Source of the DNA: a virus
Taxonomy: Duplodnaviria; Caudoviricetes
DNA: 25,334 nt
IMG/VR virus record: IMGVR_UViG_3300008261_000144
Location: 1-25,334 of that record
Strand: one strand, 5' to 3'
In this document: piece by piece, positions 1 to 10,300 of the stretch
How positions within the stretch are numbered: the stretch's first letter is position 1
Layout: each line of letters opens with the position of its first letter
Made by a program: the position numbers and the translations under genes
The notes under the pieces: generated by a model
Told to the model about the DNA's origin: nothing
Seen by the model: the letters and a program-made list of their open reading frames with translations, nothing else
Database searches by the model: none

Positions 1-1
1 G

Positions 2-1009
2 TCAATGCATAAGTTAGAGGATACTAATTATGACTTAGTTATACATGACGAGCATCATAGATTTGGAGCATTTCCAAAACCAGGACTAGCAACTAAGACT
101 TACCAGCAGATGTTAGCTGACAAGCCAATGATTTTCTTGTCAGGAACAATGTCACCAGAATCATTCACTCAAATATACCATCAGTTTTGGGTATCTAACT
201 ACAGTCCGTTCAGACACTACGTTAACTTCTATCGATGGGCTGACGACTATGTATTTAAGTTTCAGCGCAAGATAAATGGGTTCATGGTCAACGACTATTC
301 AAAAGGTGATGAGCTTAAAATAATGGCTGCAATCTTTCCTTATGTCATTACATTCACACAGCAGCAGGCAGGATTCTCTACTGAGATTGATGAGGAGATT
401 TTATATGTTGATATGTCAGAGAAAACAAAGATGATTGTGAAGAAGCTTGAGAAGGACTTAGTTGTAGAGGGTAAGGATGAAGTTATATTGGCAGACACAC
501 CAGTTAAGTTAATGCAGAAGCTTCACCAATTATGGAGTGGCACTGTTAAATTTGAGAGTGGTAACAGCATGGTTATTGACACTACTAAGGCTGAATGTAT
601 AAGGTCGAGATTCTCGACCAATAAAATTGGAATATTCTATAAGTTTAAAGAAGAACTAAATGCACTTCATCAAGTGTTTGGTGATAGTTTAACTACTGAG
701 TTAGATAAGTTTGATAATGAAGGTTATCAGGTTATAGCCTTACAAATTATATCAGGACGTGAGGGTATATCCTTAAAAAATGCTGAATACTTGGTATTCT
801 ACAATATTGACTTCAGTGCTACGTCTTACTGGCAAGCGAGGGATCGACTTACTACAATGGAACGTAAGTTCAATAAAGTATACTGGATATTTTCAAAAGG
901 CGGCATTGAGGATAAGATATATAAGACCGTCAAAGCAAAGAAAAAATATACTGTTAACATTTTTAAGAAAGATTATGAAAAGAAGAACGAGACATCAGAT
1001 GTTACTTGA
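2..1009 (+). CDS. Superfamily 2 (SNF2-like/DExH) helicase, 5'-truncated by window edge
   Basis: Motif II LVIHDEHH, motif III FLSGT, motif V SGREGISL, motif VI QARDR; frame is open to the window start and Walker A is absent, so the gene begins upstream. Confidence 0.85.
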   Translation, partial: SMHKLEDTNYDLVIHDEHHRFGAFPKPGLATKTYQQMLADKPMIFLSGTMSPESFTQIYHQFWVSNYSPFRHYVNFYRWADDYVFKFQRKINGFMVNDYSKGDELKIMAAIFPYVITFTQQQAGFSTEIDEEILYVDMSEKTKMIVKKLEKDLVVEGKDEVILADTPVKLMQKLHQLWSGTVKFESGNSMVIDTTKAECIRSRFSTNKIGIFYKFKEELNALHQVFGDSLTTELDKFDNEGYQVIALQIISGREGISLKNAEYLVFYNIDFSATSYWQARDRLTTMERKFNKVYWIFSKGGIEDKIYKTVKAKKKYTVNIFKKDYEKKNETSDVT

Positions 1010-1268
1010 TGCAGTTATGGACTGCTATAGAGAGTTATATAAAAAATCTACACCATCAGCTGACTTTGATGAGTTGGTTGCGAATGCTCCATTAAATGAG
1101 AGAGGTCAAAAGGTTATTGATTTTAATGCTTATAAGCTAGATAGATTTACATATGAAGATATTGTAGAGAAGCACATAAAGCGAAACAAGTTGAAAAATT
1201 ATGAGGCTAAAAGTTTTAGGATTGAAATGTATTTAGGTTGTGGACCAACAACTAAGATTGATGATTAG
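975..1268 (+). CDS. Hypothetical phage protein (97 aa; start re-called at ATG 975)
   Basis: ORF track 780..1268 mostly overlaps the helicase; ATG 975 gives MKRRTRHQMLLDAVMDCYRELY... with a short overlap. Confidence 0.7.
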   Translation: MKRRTRHQMLLDAVMDCYRELYKKSTPSADFDELVANAPLNERGQKVIDFNAYKLDRFTYEDIVEKHIKRNKLKNYEAKSFRIEMYLGCGPTTKIDD

Positions 1269-1299
1269 TTGCACTTTGTTATATTTTTGTTTAGATTTG
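1269..1299 (+). promoter_or_regulatory. Bacteroidota sigma-A-type promoter (-33 TTG, -7 TAGATTTG)
   Basis: TTG 1269-1271, 20-nt spacer, TAGATTTG 1292-1299 in an intergenic gap, 5 nt before TTG 1305. Confidence 0.6.
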
Positions 1300-1304
1300 T
1301 CGAA

Positions 1305-1574
1305 TTGGCAACAGAGCAACAAATACAATCTAAATTAATTAAGCAACTTGAGAGTGAAGGATACTATGTCATTAAGCTATCTGTAACTAATAAGACTGGC
1401 ATACCAGATCTTTTAGCAATACCAAGAGGATCAAACGTAGAATTTATTGAGGTAAAACGACCTGGACAAAAACCTAGGCCTTTACAAGTTTATAGAATTA
1501 AAGAACTAAAAAAACATGACATCAAAGCAACGGTCTATGATGGAACACAATATTATGATGTTTCAGAAGAATAG
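1305..1574 (+). CDS. VRR-NUC (PD-(D/E)xK) nuclease / Holliday-junction resolvase-like
   Basis: N-terminal EQQIQ, G-IPDL and FIEVK motifs, PLQ helix; next to a helicase as is usual in phages; TTG start at 1305 inferred. Confidence 0.85.
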   Translation: MATEQQIQSKLIKQLESEGYYVIKLSVTNKTGIPDLLAIPRGSNVEFIEVKRPGQKPRPLQVYRIKELKKHDIKATVYDGTQYYDVSEE

Positions 1575-1878
1575 ATCTAATATAAAAGAATTAATGTTGG
1601 AGGGCGTTCCTATAAATGATATAAGTAATATTTTTGATACGACACCAAAAACAATTAAAAGAAATATAAAATGTATAACAGCTACTCATTTTGGTACTAT
1701 TGAGCTTGGGCAAAAGGAAGGTCCATACTATGAAACAGAAGATGAGATGTATGACTTTAAAGAGTATAATTATAATAATTTAAGTGATGGAGAAAGAGAA
1801 ATTTATATCGAACGAGAAAAAACTGGCGAGCTTGGTAAGTATTTTGCCAGTTCTCATGGACTTCATGGAGGACATTAA
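1555..1878 (+). CDS. Helix-turn-helix DNA-binding protein
   Basis: IKELMLEGVPINDISNIFDTTPKTIKRNI matches an HTH pattern; start re-called to ATG 1555/1558. Confidence 0.55.
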   Translation: MMFQKNRSNIKELMLEGVPINDISNIFDTTPKTIKRNIKCITATHFGTIELGQKEGPYYETEDEMYDFKEYNYNNLSDGEREIYIEREKTGELGKYFASSHGLHGGH

Positions 1879-2065
1879 AGTTGTATATCCAAATGTTTAT
1901 GTCCGACAAATTAAAAAAGCTGGAAATGACTTTATAAAAGAGGTTCTAAAAAATAGCGACCAAATTTATAAAAAGATGGACATAGAGAATGACGAGGAAC
2001 ATCGAGCATTCTTATATCAATTAGACAATATGGGTTTAGCATTTAGAAATTGGCTAAAAGATTAA
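1787..2065 (+). CDS. Hypothetical phage protein
   Basis: ORF with helical amphipathic sequence in a tightly packed operon; overlaps the upstream gene by about 92 nt. Confidence 0.65.
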   Translation: MEKEKFISNEKKLASLVSILPVLMDFMEDIKVVYPNVYVRQIKKAGNDFIKEVLKNSDQIYKKMDIENDEEHRAFLYQLDNMGLAFRNWLKD

Positions 2066-2235
2066 TAAAATATACTATCGTTTGGATCAGCCAAAATCTA
2101 GCCATTCCGTTTTGGGTAGTTGGTCATGTGCATTTATCTGTAAATGTGTATGAAGATATATATGAGATATTTGCATCGATTGGTATGAATATAATCGTAG
2201 CTATTGGATTTTGGATTGATTATAAAAACACTTAA
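2050..2235 (+). CDS. Small membrane protein (two hydrophobic segments)
   Basis: YTIVWISQNLAIPFWVVG and IFASIGMNIIVAIGFW hydrophobic stretches; TTG start overlapping the upstream gene. Confidence 0.65.
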   Translation: MAKRLIKYTIVWISQNLAIPFWVVGHVHLSVNVYEDIYEIFASIGMNIIVAIGFWIDYKNT

Positions 2236-2292
2236 TAGTTGCGGAATCTGTATAAAAATACTCGATTCAGCGGATAATAACTTAATATAATT

Positions 2293-2550
2293 ATGGAATC
2301 AAAAACCAAAGGTGTCTACTGTGCAGATGTAATAGTAAAAGCTATTCCTATCTCTATGAATTCCAAGCTACCTAAAGTCTTAAAAACTTTTGAAAATATA
2401 CCAATAGCTTTAGATAACAACTCAAAAGTTATTAATGAATATTTCATAAAAAGAGTGATGAAAAAAGAAAATATCTGCAAATATAAGATTAATTATGAGA
2501 TAATTATAAAAAAATATTTGTCAGGGTTATGTTATAATATAAATAAATAA
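2293..2550 (+). CDS. Hypothetical protein
   Basis: ATG with AT-rich leader, 85 aa, same strand as the operon. Confidence 0.6.
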   Translation: MESKTKGVYCADVIVKAIPISMNSKLPKVLKTFENIPIALDNNSKVINEYFIKRVMKKENICKYKINYEIIIKKYLSGLCYNINK

Positions 2551-2558
2551 TAAATTTG
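2551..2558 (+). promoter_or_regulatory. -7 promoter box TAAATTTG
   Basis: Exact TAnnTTTG directly after a stop codon and 5 nt before ATG 2564. Confidence 0.55.
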
Positions 2559-2563
2559 TAAAA

Positions 2564-2899
2564 ATGAAAACTTTTAATGTAATTAAAAAAAATGGAGAAT
2601 CAAGAGAATTTGATATCCAAACAGATGTAATCAAGCTAGAAGAATCATTTGTTAAATATGATATTTCAAAATATGATTCAGTTATGTTTCTTGCAAAAGA
2701 AAATATACAACAAACAATTTTTGATGTAAGCAATATTAAAGATTATTTTGTATTTGGTTTTGGTAGAAACAAAAAAATGAATATGAAGAATATTTTAACT
2801 GGAGGTGATTATTTTTTACTTGGAATGCATCAACCTTACATATTGTTTATAAAAAATAAATATGTAAATATAAATGAAAGAATAATTAACTTTTCTTAA
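2564..2899 (+). CDS. Hypothetical protein (very AT-rich)
   Basis: 111-aa ORF behind a promoter box. Confidence 0.65.
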   Translation: MKTFNVIKKNGESREFDIQTDVIKLEESFVKYDISKYDSVMFLAKENIQQTIFDVSNIKDYFVFGFGRNKKMNMKNILTGGDYFLLGMHQPYILFIKNKYVNINERIINFS

Positions 2900-2901
2900 A
2901 T

Positions 2902-3069
2902 ATGGAAAACATCAACTATGTAAATGCAGTAATGACAGAAATCAATGATTTAACTGACTGCATATATGAGTCTTTAGTTGATGCAGATTACAAAGAAATG
3001 AAATTAACCATACAGAACTTAATAAAAGTTCTTAGAGATCTAGACAAAACACATGAAGCATTACCGTAA
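2902..3069 (+). CDS. Small hypothetical protein, 55 aa (not in ORF track)
   Basis: Hand-translated MENINYVNAVMTEINDLTDCIYESLVDADYKEMKLTIQNLIKVLRDLDKTHEALP*; fills the gap between flanking genes. Confidence 0.7.
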   Translation: MENINYVNAVMTEINDLTDCIYESLVDADYKEMKLTIQNLIKVLRDLDKTHEALP

Positions 3070-4162
3070 AAGAGCTGTTGAATTATATAGTGAATTAAAA
3101 AATATAGAAAAAACAGCTACAAAAATTAAAGAAGAGTTTGATCTATCTGATAAGATCACATCAATAGAACGAAATATTTATAATTGGCTCGAAAAAGAAA
3201 CTGTATTTGACGAATGTGAAAATGTAGGTATAGATCCAAGTAAGGTCAAGCATTATTGGTACAAAGGCAAACATTATAGTATCAATGTAAAAGGTGAAGA
3301 AGATAAATTTGATCACGATAAATTTAAAGAAGATTTAATAAATGAAATCAAACAAATATCTCCTAGATATAGGCCAGTGCAAAGAAACATCTCGAAAGAA
3401 CCTCATTGCCTTGTGTTTGACCCTTCTGATATACACATCGGTAAGATATGCTCAAGCTTTGAAACTGGTGAAGATTATAACTCACAGATAGCAGTTAAAA
3501 GAGTAAGAGAAGGAATGCATGGAATATTGAATAAAGCTGTTTCATTTAACATCGATAAGATTATATTTATTGCTGGAAATGATGTTCTCCATGTTGACAA
3601 TCCAAAAAGGACAACAACAAGTGGCACACCACAAGATACTGACGGTATGTGGTATGATAACTTTGTTACAGCAAAGAAACTTTTAATTGAAGTAATTGAG
3701 ACTCTTATATCAATTGCTGATGTTGAGGTTGTTTACAATCCAAGTAACCATGACTACATGTCTGGATTTATGCTTATGCAATGCGTTGAGGCATGGTTTA
3801 GTAACTGCGTTAATGTTACATTTAACAATAATATGTCTCACAGGAAGTATACAATTTATGGAAACAATTTAATTGGAACTACTCATATGGACGGAGCTAA
3901 GGTATCTGATTTGCCGCTTTTAATGGCTCACGAGTCAGGTGCTTGGTGGCATGAATGTAAGCATAGATATATTTACGGACATCACATACACCATAAAAGC
4001 TCAAAAGATTATATGTCTGTTTGTGTTGAGACATTGCGCTCACCTAGTGGCACTGACAGTTGGCATCACCGTCAAGGATATCAACATGCACCTAAAGCAA
4101 TCGAGGCATTTATACATCACCCTGAGTATGGTCAAGTTGCTCGTTTAACACATTTATTCTAA
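3053..4162 (+). CDS. Calcineurin-like metallophosphoesterase with N-terminal helical/HTH-like region
   Basis: Motifs SDIHIG, GNDVLH, PSNHD, THMD, GHHIHH in canonical order. Confidence 0.85.
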   Translation: MKHYRKRAVELYSELKNIEKTATKIKEEFDLSDKITSIERNIYNWLEKETVFDECENVGIDPSKVKHYWYKGKHYSINVKGEEDKFDHDKFKEDLINEIKQISPRYRPVQRNISKEPHCLVFDPSDIHIGKICSSFETGEDYNSQIAVKRVREGMHGILNKAVSFNIDKIIFIAGNDVLHVDNPKRTTTSGTPQDTDGMWYDNFVTAKKLLIEVIETLISIADVEVVYNPSNHDYMSGFMLMQCVEAWFSNCVNVTFNNNMSHRKYTIYGNNLIGTTHMDGAKVSDLPLLMAHESGAWWHECKHRYIYGHHIHHKSSKDYMSVCVETLRSPSGTDSWHHRQGYQHAPKAIEAFIHHPEYGQVARLTHLF

Positions 4163-4326
4163 TGGTTACAGTTGAAGAAATGATAGCTCTCGTACAGGAC
4201 TACATCTACGAGAAGAAAAAAGTTAGGGTGGCTATCCATCTAAGATACCACCCTTTCTTTATACATTCAGATCTTAGCAAACTTAACTATTGTTATGGTA
4301 TTGCTCTTGATTACTTTAAAATTTGA
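4162..4326 (+). CDS. Small hypothetical protein, 54 aa (not in ORF track)
   Basis: TAATG stop/start coupling at 4160-4164; MVTVEEMIALVQDYIYEKKKVRVAIHLRYHPFFIHSDLSKLNYCYGIALDYFKI*. Confidence 0.7.
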   Translation: MVTVEEMIALVQDYIYEKKKVRVAIHLRYHPFFIHSDLSKLNYCYGIALDYFKI

Positions 4327-7300
4327 TCAACTGTTTGACCAGCTTTAATTCTATCTATATCTGACAATGTTGGCTGACTTATAGTCTTTAATAGCTTAAC
4401 ATATTCCTTCCCTTGAGATTCTGTCAGACCTCCATTTCTATCAATAAAATCTAATTCATCTATAGCTGTACTAGCTTCTTTTTTCTGTTTTATCAAATCT
4501 GATTCCCATCCAGAAACTTTTCTTCCTATCTCTTTTTCAACGTCAGTAATTCTATTATACTGATTCTCTGTTATACCTCTCTTCTTAACTCTATTAACAA
4601 CATTTCTAGATATCTGACCAACATCTTTTGGTAATACTCCCATAGAATATAATACCATTGGAGCAATTGTGTAACCAACTATCTTACGATCTTTTTCATT
4701 AATGTATTTTTTAGATATACGTCCTTGATACTCATCTTCAAATTCACCAGTTGTAGCTAATTTAGATATATCAATCAGTTCTTTATAAGTATCTCCAGCA
4801 ATTCCAATCATACCATATTTACGACCATTAAAGTCATCTGTAAATACCTGATATTCGCTTTCCTTTTTGAGATTTTCAATGAATGCTTCTTTCTCTCTAT
4901 CATTCATTTCTTCCTTACCATTAAGAACGAGGGCTTTGTTTTTATCTTCAACTGCTTTTTTAATATCAGCTTCATCAAGCATTGGTATTTCAGCAAGAGC
5001 TTTATTCAATCCATAAGTAACTAAATCATCAGTAATTGGAAGAGGTGAAACAATATCATTAACGATACTCTTTATTGGGTATTTTGTAGCGTTAATCATT
5101 TTTTTCTTTTTTGCTTCTTCATCTTCATCATCTCCCATTAATGATGCAGCTATTATATCGTACAATCTTCTTATACCAAAACCAATCAATTGGTATGTAG
5201 CTAGCTCGACTGATAATCCACCAAGAGATCTTGCAGCTGTTATCTTATCTTCTGTTGTAGCTGTCTTACTATACAATGTTGTGATGTCATTATACATTCT
5301 TGCCTTTTGGTTTAAGATAAATGATGCAAATGGAAGCACAACTTTTCTAGCTATTTTTCTAAATGAATCTTCGCTAGCTAAGAACTCACCTGCTAACATT
5401 GGATCAGATATGTTCTGCTGTCTATCAACCATCATCTGAGCGTAGTTAACTGCATCCATATCGGCTTCATGTGTATTCCAATCTATATCTGTAGATATTC
5501 CTCTATTTTTTAAATCTTGTATATAGTATGAAATAAATGATGATCGAGCAACCCAAACATCTGGTTTAGATAAGAATTGTTTTAAATACCATTGATTTAA
5601 TTTTGCAACATTCTTTAATGCATTGTCAAATGTTTCTCCTTTCTTATCTATTCTACTATCAATTGATTCAACTGTTGATTGTGATTCAAGACCTCGATTT
5701 GAAATTGGAGCACCAGTTCTATTAATCCAATCATTCATTTCTGAATTTACAGTTATAAATCTACCTGCATTTATAACAGTGTTAGCGATTACAGGAACAG
5801 TTTGCATTACGGCTTGATTTAAACCACCCAATGCTTTTCCAACACCTATAGATGTTATAAAGTTTGTGAGTTTATTTACTGAGTCCCATGTATCTCTCGG
5901 TGCAATTTTCTTTCCTTTTGCCCTTCTGATATAATTGTTAATTCTTCTTGTTATAAGAACTCTGTCGTCAGATTCAGTAAATAATTTTTTAAATCCTTTT
6001 GAGTTAACAAAACCATCAACTTGTCTGATAGCACTTGCTGTATTTATATCAACTAATGCGGCTTGAAGTGAATTTGAGTTATTTGTATCAAAATCAAGAC
6101 TAACATATCTATCATCAGGAATAACTTTTGGTCTTGTTGTTTCCATCAATACTCCAGTCTTATTTTTATCTGTATAATCAATACTAATAGAGAAAGCTCC
6201 ATTTCTTTCAATTAAATCTGAATCAAATTGAACTGATTCACCTGATAATTTTTTATACCTATCTGGAGTATAATTTAAATCACTTCCGAGTTGTGTGTTA
6301 TAAACTGACAAGCTTATATCTGATAATTCTTTATAGCTTTTAGCCCATTGATTAATCCACCAATTAACAGCTTCTCTATTACTTTTGCTAGCACTAGAAT
6401 TAATTACATCAATATCACCTTCATTAACATTAAGTTTGTCGAAGATCTCTTGATACATTTCTCCCATTTTCACTTCTTTTGAATCTCCATTTTCAATCAA
6501 AGTTTGGATACTTTGCTTAATCATATCAATTCTTCTATTCAACTCAGCTTTCATTTCAGCTTCTGTTCCAATAAGATTTCTATTTAAGAATGCAAGCATA
6601 CCTCTTTCGTATACATTTTTAGCATCCATAAAACCTTTTGAATTATAAAAATCTTGTTTTGAATAATCGTCAAGTATTTTATTGTGTTGATTATTTGCTT
6701 TATTTACACCATTAATTAATTTTGATAGACCTGCCATCTCCATAATTTTTGTAGCATTTCTAACACCATTAAACAGTTTTTCCATTAATAATGGAAGAGA
6801 ATAAAGTTCGTCACTATAGAATCTACCTATTGTTTTATTTAATAATAATTTAATAGGTCTAGCCTTAATGCCTTTGTTAACTAATTTGTTAACATTTTTA
6901 ACCCCCTCATAGTTACTAACAACTGCTTCAAGTCCACTTGTTATATTGTTATTTAAGAAGTTATCTATTGCCTCAACAACCTTTATAGCATCCCTTACTG
7001 ACATATCAGCTATGTCTATATCCATAACTTTTTTCATCAGTTCAATGGCATTGTTATCGATATCCAACTCTTCCCCAGTAAATGGATCAATTTTTGTTCT
7101 AACAATCGTTTCAAGTATTGGCTTCATTAAGTTTAATTTGCCATCTAGGAATGACTTGATATATCTTTCTTTTTCAACTGAATCCATTTTGGTAGTAGGA
7201 TCATTCAAAGAATTTATTATATCTTGCATTTCTTTCAATGACATATCTTTCGATATAACACCATCAGAAACTAATGAATTATAAACAGCAAGTATCTCGT

Positions 7301-10300
7301 CTTTGAGAACATTTTCCTGTCTTTTAATCTCATTATTTGTGTATTCAGAAACCTCAGCAATATTTGCAGCTTCCTTCATTACTACATCAAGTCCTTTTAC
7401 TCGTGATGGTTTAACAGCATTTACAACTTTTTCAGCCATTGCAATATATGCATCAATGTCCTCAACCATTGACGGATCAATTTTTGCAAAATCTTTAGCC
7501 ATACCAACCACTTCAGCTTGGTTTTCAGTTTTTAATGCCTTACGTATTGCCTTTCGTAATTTAAATGCATTATCAAGTCTTTCTTGGTAATCAGCTCTGT
7601 CAAATACTTTAGAAGCATAGTCAACAAATCGCTCAACCAATACTGGATTATCTAAGTTAAGATTGCTAATTCTTTTAATTATAACACCAGCTTGAGCAGC
7701 CTTTATTTTGCCAGTCTTAACCATACTACTAATAGCAGCAGCAAGAGATTTTCTCTTAGTATTCAAATCACCCTTAGCTTCACGAGCAGCTTTTGCCTCT
7801 AGTCTAATTTGGTCCTTAAGTGCTGACATCTCATTAACTGAAACCTGTTTTGCTTTAGGTTTACCTAATACCTTAGCAACTGATGGAGCTTTCTTAAGTT
7901 TTTCACCAAAGAATAATTTTAATTCTCTCTCAGCATTTTCTCTTTGTGTATCATCAGTAGTCTTATACCAGTCTGACTTTCTTAAATCATTTAATGCAGC
8001 ATCTACACCTTGCTTATGTGGATTACCTCTTTGCTCTACTGATAGCGTATATTTATCTTTTGCTTTTTGAATTGCTTCTTGTTTTTGTATACTAGATTTC
8101 TGCTTTTTAATAGATCTTCTTTTCTCAGGTTTATAAGATAATATTTCTTGATATTCATCTTTAATACTTTTTGGTAAATCTGAATTCATTATCATATCAG
8201 TTATCTGATCTTGAGTCATTTTGCTTGACTCTTCTTGAATTCTATATAGATCATCATATTTTCCTTCAGAATTTCTTATTTTATAAATCTTATCATATAA
8301 ATCATTGATTTTTTTACTTTTTGATTCAGGTATAACAGATACAAATCCTTTTTCAGTATTGCTTATATATTTTTCATCAAATGGTTTTACAATTCTACTA
8401 CCTTCTGTAATTTCAACATCATCAGGTTTGTATTCTTGAACTGTCTGTGCCCTTGTTCTATCTCCCCATTGTGCAACTGTCATACCATAGCCATTTTCAT
8501 CTGCTATTTTAGTTATATAAGCTAATTGGTCATTAGGTGTAAATGCTAATCCAGGAAATTCCTCATTAAATCTTTTTTCTGCTTCATCTATTAATTTTAA
8601 TGGATCTGAATTAAAGTCATAAACTTCATCTTTTGGTATTTTTACAATATATCTTGATGGACCAGTAACCATTCTTTCACCATCGGATGGTCTAGTGTAA
8701 TACATTGCAACACCACCAACTCTTCCGATGGCAGATCCTTCTGTTGAACTTGTTTTTAGGCTAGCTCCAGAACTTCTTTTTATTACATCATAATTTTTTT
8801 CACCTATATGGAAAAATACAAAATTACCTTTGTCATCTTCTGTAAGATTAGCATAATTAGAAGAATTTTCTGGAGTAATTTTTTGTTTTTTAACTTTACG
8901 AATTCCCATTCCATAAGGTGCAACAACTTGTTGTTGTTGTACTCTAGAAATATCTTCTTGATATTTTGATCTTATATCTTCTGGAAGTATGTCGTAAGAA
9001 TTTATAATAACATCTGGAACTCCAACTACTTCGCCAATTATATTATTTTCATATGTAGAATGATTTGATTTACCACCTATAGATTCTGGTTTTAAAACCA
9101 ACATTATATCTCCAATCTCAAAATTATTATCTCTATAAAAATCGTCTCTTAATGAATCATAATCAACAAATGCATTATAAGACTCTAATAATTTTTTTGT
9201 TTTAGTTGATTTTTTTTCTTGCTCTGATATAGCTATTAAAAATTGTTTTCTGTCAGAACCATTAAATAAATCATTATAGTTATTATATTTTTCTAATATT
9301 GTTTTTATATCTTTTGTAGGATTAGATTCTAAAATTGATGATTTAAATTTATTAAATTCAATAGATTGCTCTATTCTATTTTTAACAAAATTAGAAACAG
9401 TCCTATTAAACAATTTAGATTTCTGAGGAGATCCACTTATTATAAATATATAATCACTATCCTTTATTTTATTATCAAGCGTTTTTAAGTTTACTCCTGA
9501 TGCCCATATAATATTTTTATTTCTATTTTCTGGATCTAATGCAAATGACGGGCCTGCATCTAAATAATGTTTACCATTTATAATATTATCATCAACAAAA
9601 CCTCTTCCTAATTGATCAGCAACCCAAAACCAAACATTCTGATTTTTGTTTGCAATATCTTCTATTAGTAATCTTAAATCAATTAAATCTGATTTTTTTA
9701 CATAAGAAAGATTATATTTATCTTTTACCTCTACTTGTTTTTTAACTTTTTCAGTAGGAATAATTTTAGATTGTATACCTTCAGTAACTATATTTTGTCC
9801 AGTACTAATTCCTTTTGTTAAACTGTTTATAAAGTCAACAGCATTTTTAGCATTTGCTGCTGAAGAAAATATAGTTGGTAAACCAAGTTTTTTAGCTAAC
9901 TTATTAATTAAATTTTTAAATTGTTGGAATTTAGTTGTAGTTAACTCTTGTTGAGCTTCAGCCATAATTCCACCTAGTTCAGCTAAATATTCTTCAGCTT
10001 GTTCCGATCCGTCATAATTAGAAGTAAAACTATCTAATCTTTGTTTTAATCCCTTATCTGATATAACTGATTTTAGACCATTAGCTAAATCAATCATTGC
10101 TCCTGACTCAATACCTTTAACAGTAAGAGCATGATGCATCGCTTCATGCAACATTGTTACAACATCAGCACCATTTTCTAAATTTATATGAATCTCGCCA
10201 TCAACATAAGCACCTCTATCACCCTCATTTGATTTTTCACCTATACCTTGATCAAAATCTTGAGTTGTATTATGAATATAAATTTTAACCCCAGGTAATG

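Noticed and set aside
780-974. Long 5' extension of ORF 780..1268 (similarly 16020-16091, 1269-1304, 1516-1554)
   Set aside because: These overlap conserved parts of upstream genes or a promoter; downstream starts fit better.
2527-2733. - strand 68-aa ORF, and the + strand 3939..4148 ORF
   Set aside because: Shadow or alternative frames of better-supported genes.
5623-8070. + strand ORFs antisense to the giant gene (5623, 6946, 7303, 7708; also 10447, 10833, 12760)
   Set aside because: S/F/L/I-rich shadow translations of a K/E/D-rich sense gene, with non-ATG or weak starts and no leaders.
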